The notes beneath the pieces are model-generated. The model was not told the origin of the DNA, did no database searches, and saw only the letters and a program-made list of their open reading frames with translations. Made by a program: the position numbers and the translations under genes. Below are positions 38,309 through 47,263 of a stretch of DNA of 64,000 nt, in pieces. The number at the start of each line of letters is the position of its first letter. Position 1 is the stretch's first letter. The stretch lies in assembly GCA_965198225.1 (NCBI GenBank), contig CBDAOY010000009.1, positions 512,001-576,000 on the forward strand, in the 5' to 3' direction. This stretch comes from Terriglobia bacterium (lineage in GTDB: Bacteria > Acidobacteriota > Terriglobia > 20CM-2-55-15).

Positions 38309-38675
38309 GATCTCATTCGGTGCCTTTTCCACCAACGGATCACAGGGTGCGGCATCTACCTAAGCCATTCTATCTAAACACCATGACGGCACTCACAGAG
38401 AGCCCGGCATGTATTCCAAGATTCAAGGGCGCCTCGTCCATACCGACGCCCTTCCACCCGGTCGATCGACCGGAGCTGGAGCGATGCTGGGGAGCGCGAC
38501 CTGACCCCACCATCGCTCATACTGTGTCGTTACCCAGCTGTCGCGACATCCCTGTTTTCGCTGCCTTCTCGCTATCGAGGAGCACCTCCAGGACATCGCT
38601 CCGGAAGTCCAGTGCCGTTGCGCTCTCGGCGCGCGTCTCGCTATAGCTGAGACACGACACTAGGACGGCGGTTTA

Positions 38676-39503
38676 TTACCGGAGAAGCTGGAGAACCGCC
38701 TGCGACGACTGGTTCGCCTGAGACAGTGCGGCCAGACCGCTCTGGGTCAGGATGTTGAACTTCGTCAACGCTGCCGCTTCCTCGGCGATGTTCGCGTCGC
38801 GGATTCGAGATTCGGACGCCTGTACGCTCACCGCCATCGTCTGTGCCTGCGAGATCGCGAAACCCAGCCGATTCATGGCGGCTCCGATCCGGCCCTGGAC
38901 GGTGCCGAGAGTCGAGATAGCGGTCTGGATGCTCGAGATCGCCGTCGCGGCATTGGCCTGGGTCGTGATGTTCTGGGTGCTGATACCGAGCCCCTGAGCA
39001 TCCGCGGCCGAGGTCAGCGCGAACGACACGTACGTCACGCTCGCCGACGTGCTGGTCTGCGTGTTGCCGACAAAGACCGACCGCGCGTTCAGGTTGACGT
39101 TACCCGTCTCGATACCGGCCGCCTGGGCGTTTCGGGTGATTTCCGAAAGCACAGACTGGAACTCGGAATCCAGGGTCGTCCGGGAACCGGTGAAGGTGTC
39201 CGAAGCCGCCTGGCTGGCCAGAGTCAGGGCTCGGTCGAGCAACGATGCGATGTTGCTGACCGCGCCGTCTTCGATCTGGAGCTTGCTGATGGCGTCGTTG
39301 GCGCTGCGGATTCCGATACTCAGACCGGTATTGTCCAACCGGTGCCGATTGGCGACGGCCAGACCGGCGGCATCGTCGGCGGCGCTGTTGATGCGCAGGC
39401 CGGAAGTGAGCCGTCCCAGCGTCCGCTGGAGGCCCATCTGGGTACTGTCTAATGTTGCTTGGGCGTTGATAGACGAAAGGTTAGTGACTACTGAAAAACT
39501 CAT
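38676..39503 (-). CDS. fliC: Flagellin (copy 2, 275 aa)
   Basis: Same motifs and length as copy 1. Confidence 0.97.
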   Translation of the reverse strand: MSFSVVTNLSSINAQATLDSTQMGLQRTLGRLTSGLRINSAADDAAGLAVANRHRLDNTGLSIGIRSANDAISKLQIEDGAVSNIASLLDRALTLASQAASDTFTGSRTTLDSEFQSVLSEITRNAQAAGIETGNVNLNARSVFVGNTQTSTSASVTYVSFALTSAADAQGLGISTQNITTQANAATAISSIQTAISTLGTVQGRIGAAMNRLGFAISQAQTMAVSVQASESRIRDANIAEEAAALTKFNILTQSGLAALSQANQSSQAVLQLLR

Positions 39504-39584
39504 TGCGGCAATCCTCCGTGATTTAAAAAGCCGGACCATCCTTGGCCGGCGTGGGCTGGCGCTAGTGCACCAGCTACACTTTCT

Positions 39585-39612
39585 CTATCGGAAGGCCGGA
39601 TCCGAACCTTTA
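39585..39612 (-). promoter_or_regulatory. Sigma28 promoter of flagellin 2
   Basis: TAAA-N16-TCCGATAG. Confidence 0.8.
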
Positions 39613-39656
39613 GCTGAAGAATGCTGAAATTCCGCGAGATTGCGCTTTTTCCCCTG

Positions 39657-39921
39657 TGTAGGTGCGGTCTATGACCGCACACGGGGATGCGAAGATGTGC
39701 GCTCGTACAAGCTGTGAACGAATTATGGGAACGGAAAATCGGGTGGCGGGGCTTTTCAAGTGTAGGCGCGGTCTATGACCGCACAACTTGTGGTCCCGCG
39801 GGCATTTGTGCGCTCATAGAGCGCACCTACACTTGAGGATCGAAGGTTCTTCGTGAAAAGCCCCGCCACCCGATTCTCCAACAAATGACATTCGTTCACA
39901 GCTTGATAGGGCGCACCTACA
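39657..39921. repeat. Nested GTAG-family REP/REPIN-like cluster
   Basis: TGTAGG(T/C)GCGGTCTATGACCGCAC at 39657 and 39761; inverted copies at 39808-39831 and ~39898-39921; extra 22-bp inverted repeat at 39737-39758 / 39854-39875. Confidence 0.8.
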
Positions 39922-40058
39922 ATGCGGAGAAATCCAGTCGAAGAAGTAGAAGGAAGGTCTGCCCGACCCTCAGGCTGTCGGAATACCTGAGGATCGGTGC
40001 AATTTTTGCCGGGACGGCAGATTTTTCAAGGGGTTTGAACGATTGGTGTGTGCGTGGC

Positions 40059-40493
40059 TCAGGCGTCGAAGTCGAACCTTGATGGAAGCCGGAGAGTGCG
40101 CTCATACTGGTTCAAAGCCTGAGCGCTAGTGTTGATTTCTTTCAGTTCAGCGCGGGTCCTCTCCCGGATCAGATCCAGTCGCCAGTGCGTTTCGGCGTCG
40201 ATTGCCACGACTTCCTTCGCCATCTGAACGATCTCATCGTTCAGCATTCGCAGTTCGTGCATCATTTCCGGCGTGACCGAAGGATCATGGCGGATCTGGC
40301 TGATCCACGTTCCCAGCGTGGCTTCGATCGCCGTCAGTTCGACCATCAGCTCCGCTCGGCGGCCCAGCAGGCTTTCCACGCCGTCGATGTTCTCGTCTTC
40401 GAGCAGCCGTAGCTGCTGCTCGGAGAGGCTGCGGAATTCTTCGAGTAAGTGTCTCTCACGTTCGAGAGTTGTCAATATTTCCACGGAATTCAT
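40059..40493 (-). CDS. FliT/FlgN-like flagellar chaperone
   Basis: All-helical, LL..E..D....LL.RR..L motif; follows fliD-fliS. Confidence 0.6.
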   Translation of the reverse strand: MNSVEILTTLERERHLLEEFRSLSEQQLRLLEDENIDGVESLLGRRAELMVELTAIEATLGTWISQIRHDPSVTPEMMHELRMLNDEIVQMAKEVVAIDAETHWRLDLIRERTRAELKEINTSAQALNQYERTLRLPSRFDFDA

Positions 40494-40523
40494 CTCTGTC
40501 TCCTGATTCTTTGGTGTTCCGAT

Positions 40524-40964
40524 TTATCCGTGCAACGCCACCCGTTGGTTGGCCTGCTGGATGAGCAGCTCAGTGGGGACCGACTCCTGGTTCTCCTTCT
40601 GAGCGACTTCAGCCCAGGCTGGTCGCAGAATACCTAGCACTTTGATCGCCTCTTCCAACTTTCCGGCGTCAAACTGGCCCGATCCCTCGACGATCTGAGC
40701 GATGACGAAGCTGTACAGACGCTCCAACTCACTCGATATCTCTTCGCCGCGCTCCATGTCGAGCGAGAGATGCAGGTGCTGGACGATTGCCAGCGCGCGA
40801 TCGCACGCGGTCGATTTGCCCTCGATGTCGTTCCGCCGGATGGCCTCGACCCCCTGATGCAGGAAGCGGAGGGCACCGTCATAGAGCATCACGACCAGTT
40901 GGGTCTGGTTCGAAGTCGTGATCGATGTCTGCTTGTAAACTTCCGATTGATCCAAATAGCTCAT
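40524..40964 (-). CDS. fliS: Flagellin chaperone FliS
   Basis: QLVVMLYDGALRFL, L..SLD.E.G.EIS..L..LY, L..AW.EV. Confidence 0.95.
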   Translation of the reverse strand: MSYLDQSEVYKQTSITTSNQTQLVVMLYDGALRFLHQGVEAIRRNDIEGKSTACDRALAIVQHLHLSLDMERGEEISSELERLYSFVIAQIVEGSGQFDAGKLEEAIKVLGILRPAWAEVAQKENQESVPTELLIQQANQRVALHG

Positions 40965-40987
40965 AGTATCCTCTTGTAGTCAGTGGA

Positions 40988-42342
40988 CTAGAATCCAGCG
41001 ATCGACGACAGCGCGCTACTCTGGTTCGTGAGCCGCGACATCGCCAGGTCGGCCGCTGAAAACATCCTCTGGAGTTCCTGCCGCCGGAGTTCCAGCCGCA
41101 GTTGTTGTGCAAGGATCTGATCTCGAACGTTCTTGATCGACGTGTCGAGCGAGGTTCGCGTCGTCTTGATCAGTCCTGCGGTGCCGTCGATGCTCTCGAG
41201 AGCCGACTTGAGGTCGTCGAACACGCCGTCGACCGACCCATCTCCTTGGAAGAGTTTCTGCAAGTCCGTCACGGCCGTATCGAGGGCGGTGTTGAACTTC
41301 TCCTCATCCAGTTTAAGTTTCCCGTCCTGTTCGCGAACTCGACGCCCACCTCGGTCAGGTAGGAGTACTGACCGTTGTTGGTGTTCGCCGTCAGGATCGT
41401 GTTTCGGACGTCCGACAGCGCCTGGCGCAGAATCGAGTCGTTTGCGAGCGGTCCGGGCTTCCCCGTGATGATGTCGTTCTTGCTCTGCTTGTCGTAGAAA
41501 TCCTTCAGGCCGTTGAACTCGGTGATGAACTTCTTGACGTGTTCCTTGAGCGCATCGTAGTCGTTCGTGATGTTGATCGAGGCAGTGCCGGCCTTGACCA
41601 GCGTCACCGTGGCGCCGGGGACCGCGTCGGTTACCGCGTTCGAAGCACTCGTGATCGAAAGGCCGTTGACGGTGAACGCCGAATCCTGAGCATCCTGGCT
41701 GTTGCCGACGCTCGGGCTCTGGCCTACGGCGAACGCGACGACCGGGCCGACGCCGTTGGTCAGGCTGTTGTTGATCGTGAAACCGTTAGCGGCTCCGGTT
41801 GAACGGCTCTGGATGACTAGCTTGTTGTTCGTCCCGTCGTTGACCACTGAAGCGGCGACCCCTGAGTTCTGGTCGTTGATCAGGTTCTTGAGCTCGGTCA
41901 AGCTCGTCGCCGAGCCGATGTTGATCGCGGTGGTCGTCGTGACGCCGATCGTGAACGAAATCGAGCCGCCGTCGGCAGCGGTATCGGTCGTGTTCGTGTA
42001 GCCGTTGGTGGACGCGGTGACCTGCGCCTTGGCCAGTTGCGTGATGTTGAGCGCATACTCGCCGGCGATCGCTCCGTCGCCGAGCGTGACGGTTGCGACC
42101 TCTTCATCGGTCGTAGTGGCCTCGAGGGCCGTAAATGCCGTTGCTACAACAAGATCCCCTACTGGCGTCAGGACTTCGGAAACTTCCGTTCCGAACGTTC
42201 CCAGCGTGGAGTCCTTCTTCTTAAGGCCGATCTCTCTCTGCTGGAGTGACTCTAAGGGTGCGCTTTCGGCTTGGATCGTGACGTCGATGATCTGGTTGAA
42301 ATCGAAGCCGTTGAAACCAGAGAAGTTAATCTCACCAGGCAT
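40988..42342 (-). pseudogene. fliD: Filament cap protein FliD, split by one frameshift near 41317-41337 (pseudogene, sequence error or programmed frameshift)
   Basis: N-part MPGEINFSGFNGFD...I.QLAKAQ...AQDS.FTVNG..ITS.SN...A.PG.T.TL; the C-part continues in the -1 frame as EQDGKLKLDEEKF...L...FSA.D.AMS.L.NQ. Confidence 0.85.
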
Positions 42343-42383
42343 TGGAATCTCCTCAATCTCTCTCAAACTCGGTTGCAACCATC

Positions 42384-42411
42384 TTATCGGCGACCTCCGG
42401 AGGCCCCTTTA
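42384..42411 (-). promoter_or_regulatory. Sigma28 promoter of fliDS(T)
   Basis: TAAA-N16-GCCGATAA (perfect -10 element). Confidence 0.88.
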
Positions 42412-42462
42412 GAGGCCCCCAGAGGTTTTTTCGCCGTACTTCGAGTTATTACCAAGTTATTA

Positions 42463-43290
42463 CTATCTGAGGAGCTGGAGCACGGCCTGCGACGACTGGT
42501 TCGCCTGAGACAGTGCGGCCAAACCGCTCTGTGTCAGGATGTTGAACTTCGTCAACGATGCCGCTTCCTCGGCCACGTTGGCGTCGCGGATCCGAGATTC
42601 GGAAGCCCGCACGCTGACCGACATCGTCTGGGCCTGCGAGACGGCGAACGTCAGCCGGTTCATCGCCGCACCGACCCGACCCTGCACCGTACCGAGAGTA
42701 CCGATCGCGGTCTGGATGTTCGTGATCGAGGTGTTGGCGTTGGCCTGGCTGGTGATGTTCTGGGTGCTGATGCCCAGTCCCTGAGCGTCGACAGCCGTCG
42801 TCAGCGCGAAAGAGACGTAGGTGACGCTGGCGGACGTACTCGTCTGCGTGTTGCCGACGAAGACCGACCGTGCGTTCAGGTTGGCGTTACTGGTCTCGAT
42901 ACCGGCCGCCTGGGCGTTTCGGGTGATTTCCGAAAGCACAGACTGGAACTCGGAGTCCAGGGTCGCCCGGGAACCGGTGAAGGTGTCCGAGGCCGCCTGG
43001 CTGGCCAGAGTCAGGGCCCGATCCAGCAGCGACGAGATGTTGTTTATCGCGCCGTCTTCGATCTGGAGCTTGCTGATGGCGTCGTTGGCGCTGCGGATAC
43101 CGATGCTCAGACCGGTGTTATCCAGCTTGTGCCGGTTGGCCACGGCGAGACCGGCGGCGTCGTCGGCTGCGCTGTTGATGCGCAGTCCCGAGGTCAGTCG
43201 CGCCAGTGTCCGCTGAAGACCCATCTGGGTTCCATCCAGCGTCGCCTGGGCGTTGATCGACGAAAGGTTCGTTACAACTGAAAAGCTCAT
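42463..43290 (-). CDS. fliC: Flagellin (copy 3, 275 aa)
   Basis: Same motifs and length as copies 1 and 2. Confidence 0.97.
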   Translation of the reverse strand: MSFSVVTNLSSINAQATLDGTQMGLQRTLARLTSGLRINSAADDAAGLAVANRHKLDNTGLSIGIRSANDAISKLQIEDGAINNISSLLDRALTLASQAASDTFTGSRATLDSEFQSVLSEITRNAQAAGIETSNANLNARSVFVGNTQTSTSASVTYVSFALTTAVDAQGLGISTQNITSQANANTSITNIQTAIGTLGTVQGRVGAAMNRLTFAVSQAQTMSVSVRASESRIRDANVAEEAASLTKFNILTQSGLAALSQANQSSQAVLQLLR

Positions 43291-43355
43291 TAATCAAATC
43301 CTCCATGAAATTACTGGTAGCCGGCATCCCTGCCGGCGCGATCCTCCAACAATCC

Positions 43356-43462
43356 GTTTCTTGGAGTGTCATCATTCGTATCGAGCCTGAGTTTCTCGTC
43401 CACAGGTGGTGTTCCCGCACGCCCGACGGTTTCTTGGAGTGTCATCATTCGTATCGAGCCTG
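43356..43462. repeat. 34-bp perfect direct repeat in the flagellin 3 promoter/leader
   Basis: GTTTCTTGGAGTGTCATCATTCGTATCGAGCCTG at 43356-43389 and 43429-43462. Confidence 0.88.
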
Positions 43463-43478
43463 CCCCCGGCGAACTTTA
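43451..43478 (-). promoter_or_regulatory. Sigma28 promoter of flagellin 3 (weaker -10)
   Basis: TAAA(GTT)-N16-CTCGATAC. Confidence 0.6.
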
Positions 43479-43559
43479 GCGGGAATGTCAAAAAAATGGC
43501 ACCCACCTGGAGCCCGTAGAGAAGTGGGCGGTTGGAGCAGATGAGCAGCTTGGCGGCTT

Positions 43560-43575
43560 TGGCTTCCCGCTTGCA
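43560..43575 (+). promoter_or_regulatory. Sigma54 promoter of the glycosylation operon
   Basis: TGGCTT-CCCGC-TTGCA; GTCA-N6-TGGC box at 43487-43500. Confidence 0.7.
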
Positions 43576-43586
43576 CTTCCCGGGGT

Positions 43587-45365
43587 ATGGATGACGGCAT
43601 ATCTCTGTGCATGATCGTTAAGAATGAAGAAGATTGGGTCGAACAGGCCATCGACAGTGTCATTTCAATAGTCAACGAAGTCATAATTGTGGACACTGGG
43701 AGCACCGACCGGACGCTGGAGCGGGTCGAGAAGTTCAAGCCCCGGATCATCCATAGCGAGTGGAAGGACCACTTCGGCAACGCCCGAAACGTCTCCCTGG
43801 ATGCCGCGCTATACTCCTGGATTCTGGTCCTGGATGCGGACGAGTGCATTGCACCCGCCGACCTCCGTTTTCTCCAGGAAGCCATGGCCGAGCCTGGCCA
43901 CGGGTACCACCTGACTCAGAGGAACTATGTCTACCAGAATCAGGTCCACGGCTGGGAGCGGAATACGACGGCCTACGAGGAGGGTCGGGATTACCCTGGA
44001 TACGTCGATAACCCCCTGATCCGCTTCTTCCGCAACGATCCCGAGCTCCGGTTCCATGGAGCCGTGCACGAAATCGTCGATCCGACCCGGCTTCCGAAGG
44101 AATTCCGCTTCTCAAATCTGCCGGCGGTCATCCACCACTACGGCAAAGTTCGAGGAGAGGAGCGTCTCCAGGCTAAACAGCACCTATACCTGAGGTTGGG
44201 GAAGAAAAAACTTCAGGAAGACCCCACTAACGCCAAGGCCTACATGGATTACGGCATCCAGCTTCAGGAGCTCGGCCGGCATGACGAAGCGCGGGAACCC
44301 TTCCTCAAGGCCTTCGAGACGGGAGGGAACCCGCTGAGCCTGCTCCATTGCGCCGTATCGGAGAAGACGCTCGAAGGGCTCCAGTCGGCCGCGGAACTGC
44401 TTGAAAAAGCGGCCCGCCATGGTCTGGACTCCTTTGAGCTGCACCTCGAGCGGGGCAACGTTGAGCTCGCCCTCGGTGACTTCCAGAAAGCCCAGGATCA
44501 TTACTGGGCCTGCCTGGAGCGAAGCGTCGGATCGCCGGTCGCGACCTTCAACATAGGCCTGACGTATAAGAAGATGGGGAAGCTCGATAAGGCCGAAAAC
44601 TATTATGAGCGCGCGCGGAGCCTGGATCCCGCTTTCCCAGAGCCCGCCCTGGAACTCGCCGCCCTGTGGACCGATCGGGGCCAGTTCCGTGAAGCGGCGG
44701 CGATCCTGGAGCCCATCGTGGAGGCCAATCCCGGGAGACGGGAGTCGCGCCTGGCGCTTGCGAAGACTTACCTTCTCCTCAAGGAACCCGATGACGCCGT
44801 CAGCCTTCTGGATAACCAGTTAGACGACGACCCGGTGGCTGAATCACTGCGTGGAGCCGCGCACCTCGAGCGCGGGGACCACGATACCGCCCGAGCACAC
44901 CTCGAGAAAGCGATCCGCGCCGACTCCTCTCTCGTCGATGCCCGGATCAACGTGAGCCACGTTTACGGCCACACGGGCGAGTTCGCTCGCGCCGTGAGGC
45001 ATCTCCGACAGGGGTTTGAACAGACGGGCAACAGGGCGCTGCTGCCGTCGCTGAGTATTTACGAGGCCCGCGCCGGCATGCTCGACGATGCGCTCGCCCA
45101 CCTGGATGAAGTCATCCAGTCGGAGGAAGCCACCAGCGATCACTGGATTTACCGCGGCCTGATCCTCGAGCAGAAGCAACTTTGGGACGAAGCCCGATCC
45201 CATTATCGAACCATGGCGGAACGACTTCCCGAGCTCGTCGACTGGGTTGGTCAGAAACTTCAGGGTCTGCCGGGCACCGATGTGGTCGTTGGAATCAGCG
45301 AGAATGTCGCGGTCTGGAACGAATCCGAGAATGCCCTTAGGAACGATGAGAGTCGCCATATATAA
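43587..45365 (+). CDS. GT2 glycosyltransferase with TPR repeats (probable flagellin glycosyltransferase)
   Basis: ISLCMIVKNEE, VDTGSTDRT, ARN.SL, WILVLDADE, I.HYG, followed by TPR repeats; divergent from flagellin 3. Confidence 0.9.
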   Translation: MDDGISLCMIVKNEEDWVEQAIDSVISIVNEVIIVDTGSTDRTLERVEKFKPRIIHSEWKDHFGNARNVSLDAALYSWILVLDADECIAPADLRFLQEAMAEPGHGYHLTQRNYVYQNQVHGWERNTTAYEEGRDYPGYVDNPLIRFFRNDPELRFHGAVHEIVDPTRLPKEFRFSNLPAVIHHYGKVRGEERLQAKQHLYLRLGKKKLQEDPTNAKAYMDYGIQLQELGRHDEAREPFLKAFETGGNPLSLLHCAVSEKTLEGLQSAAELLEKAARHGLDSFELHLERGNVELALGDFQKAQDHYWACLERSVGSPVATFNIGLTYKKMGKLDKAENYYERARSLDPAFPEPALELAALWTDRGQFREAAAILEPIVEANPGRRESRLALAKTYLLLKEPDDAVSLLDNQLDDDPVAESLRGAAHLERGDHDTARAHLEKAIRADSSLVDARINVSHVYGHTGEFARAVRHLRQGFEQTGNRALLPSLSIYEARAGMLDDALAHLDEVIQSEEATSDHWIYRGLILEQKQLWDEARSHYRTMAERLPELVDWVGQKLQGLPGTDVVVGISENVAVWNESENALRNDESRHI

Positions 45366-46599
45366 CAACGGAATCCCCTTCGATGGTCATACGCCGCTGA
45401 GGGGTCCGCTGGGAGGCAGTGAAAGCGGGATCGTCTACATGGCCCGCGAGCTCGCCTCGATCGGCCACGACGTTTCGGTCTATTCGAACTGCTCCAATCC
45501 GGGCGACTACGACGGGGTCGACTACAGGCACTACCATCGCTTCTTCGACGAGTTCCCTTCCACCCCTTGGGATGTTTTCATCTCCCTCCGGTCGTTCGAC
45601 CCGTTTCTCGTAGGCAGGGTCGCGCCGCGAACGATCTTCTGGACCGATGACGCCCACGATCAGCCCGCGATCGCAAACCTCGGGCACAGCGTCCTGCAGG
45701 ACAACATCGACCTTCATTTCTGTGTCAGCGAGTGGCAGCGCGGGACGTTCATCGAGACCTTCTCGCTGCCGGGTGAGAAGGTTGTGGTGACCCGCAACGG
45801 GTTTCGCGCCGATCTGATTCCCGAACCCTCGGAGAAAGTCTGGACCAACGGCGTCTATTCGAGCACCCCGTTCCGGGGGCTTCAGGGGCTTCTGGAGATG
45901 TTTCCACGCATTCGACGCGACGTTTCCGACATGACGCTCGACGTGTTCAGCAGCATGAAGGTCTACGGATGGGCGGAAGACAGCGACCGCGATACCTATG
46001 GAGCGATCTACCGCACCGCCGATCAGGATGGCGTCACGATGCACGGCAGCGTTCGGCAGACTCTGCTGCTGGATCATCTTTCCAGAAGCGGCTTCCTGCT
46101 GTACCCGAACACGTTCGAAGAGACCTCCTGCATCGCCGCGATCGAGGCTCAAGCCTGTGGGGCGGTGGTCGTCACTTCCGCCAAGGCCGGGCTCAAGGAG
46201 ACAGTAGAGAACGGATCGACGGGGGTGTGTATCGAGGGAGACCCGGCGTCGGAGGACTATCGCCGGGCCTTCGTTCAGGCTGTCTCCCAACTGGCCGGCA
46301 ACCGGGAGCGTCTCTCGTCGATGTCCGGGGCGGCCCGCCGGCGAGCATTCGACCTCTATTCCTGGCGTTCCATCGCCCGGGAGTGGATCGAACTGTTCGA
46401 GGCAATCGCGCCGCGTCCGGTGCCGGGCCGATGGTCGGGTCCGCTCGTGATGCTCCAGAAAGCGCACGAGTACCTGGCGAAAGGAAACATAAATGCATCT
46501 CAGAAGATTTTGGGCCGACTCGAAACGCAGCCCTTCTTCGAAGCGGAGATCAAAGATCTAGGGCAGAAGTTATTGAAAACGGGGGCCCGAGCCTCTTGA
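45346..46599 (+). CDS. GT4-family glycosyltransferase
   Basis: LGGSE, VSEWQ, YSSTP.RGL, ETSCIAAIEAQACG, G.LKETV. Confidence 0.85.
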   Translation: MRVAIYNNGIPFDGHTPLRGPLGGSESGIVYMARELASIGHDVSVYSNCSNPGDYDGVDYRHYHRFFDEFPSTPWDVFISLRSFDPFLVGRVAPRTIFWTDDAHDQPAIANLGHSVLQDNIDLHFCVSEWQRGTFIETFSLPGEKVVVTRNGFRADLIPEPSEKVWTNGVYSSTPFRGLQGLLEMFPRIRRDVSDMTLDVFSSMKVYGWAEDSDRDTYGAIYRTADQDGVTMHGSVRQTLLLDHLSRSGFLLYPNTFEETSCIAAIEAQACGAVVVTSAKAGLKETVENGSTGVCIEGDPASEDYRRAFVQAVSQLAGNRERLSSMSGAARRRAFDLYSWRSIAREWIELFEAIAPRPVPGRWSGPLVMLQKAHEYLAKGNINASQKILGRLETQPFFEAEIKDLGQKLLKTGARAS

Positions 46600-46672
46600 A
46601 AGAGGAACCGGCACCCAACAGCTCAGACGTCGAGATAATGACGTCGACAGAGCTCTCAACTGGAGCGACGCA

Positions 46673-47263
46673 ATGAATATCCGAATGAACCAGGACGTGA
46701 TCGACGTGCCTGGAGAGCTGGCCACGTGGGGCGAACTGCTGGACTGGCTCGAGACGGACTATCTGAAATCAGGTCAGTGCATTACGAGAGTTTCATTCGG
46801 CCGGGAAGAGGCCATGTACTACCGCGATCAGGGACTCTGCGGACAGGAACTTCAGGAACTGAGTGAGATTGACATCGAGAGTGGAGACTTTGACAGTGTC
46901 GTTCGGGAGTCGCTCCTGGAGCTCGATCAGGAGCTGATCCGCGTTGCAGAGACCGGGTCCGAGATCGTTCGTCTGTTCGAAAACCGTGATCAGGAGGGGG
47001 CCTACACCCTGCTGGGGAAGTACCTGGAGTCGCTGCGCGTGCTGTTTGCGATCTTTAGCGAGATCGGCTGGCCCGCGCAGGACGGGGAAGAAACGAGCAC
47101 GGCCGCACTCACGGCCTCTCTGGAGCAGGCGCTGGCGCAGTTGATCTCCGCCCAGGAAAACGGTTTCTGGATTTCTGTGTGCGACGTCCTGGAATACGAA
47201 ATCACCCCGATTCTGGATGGGTGGAAGAGTCTTGTTCAGAAAACAAGTGTCCACATCAACTGA
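46673..47263 (+). CDS. Hypothetical acidic protein in the flagellin glycosylation locus
   Basis: 196-aa ORF with GGAG RBS; C-terminal AQEN..W....D.LEYE..P.L..W. Confidence 0.7.
   Translation: MNIRMNQDVIDVPGELATWGELLDWLETDYLKSGQCITRVSFGREEAMYYRDQGLCGQELQELSEIDIESGDFDSVVRESLLELDQELIRVAETGSEIVRLFENRDQEGAYTLLGKYLESLRVLFAIFSEIGWPAQDGEETSTAALTASLEQALAQLISAQENGFWISVCDVLEYEITPILDGWKSLVQKTSVHIN

Noticed and set aside
43356-43462. 34-bp direct repeats with a 39-bp spacer as a mini-CRISPR
   Set aside because: Only two copies, no cas genes, and the repeat overlaps the sigma28 -10 element.
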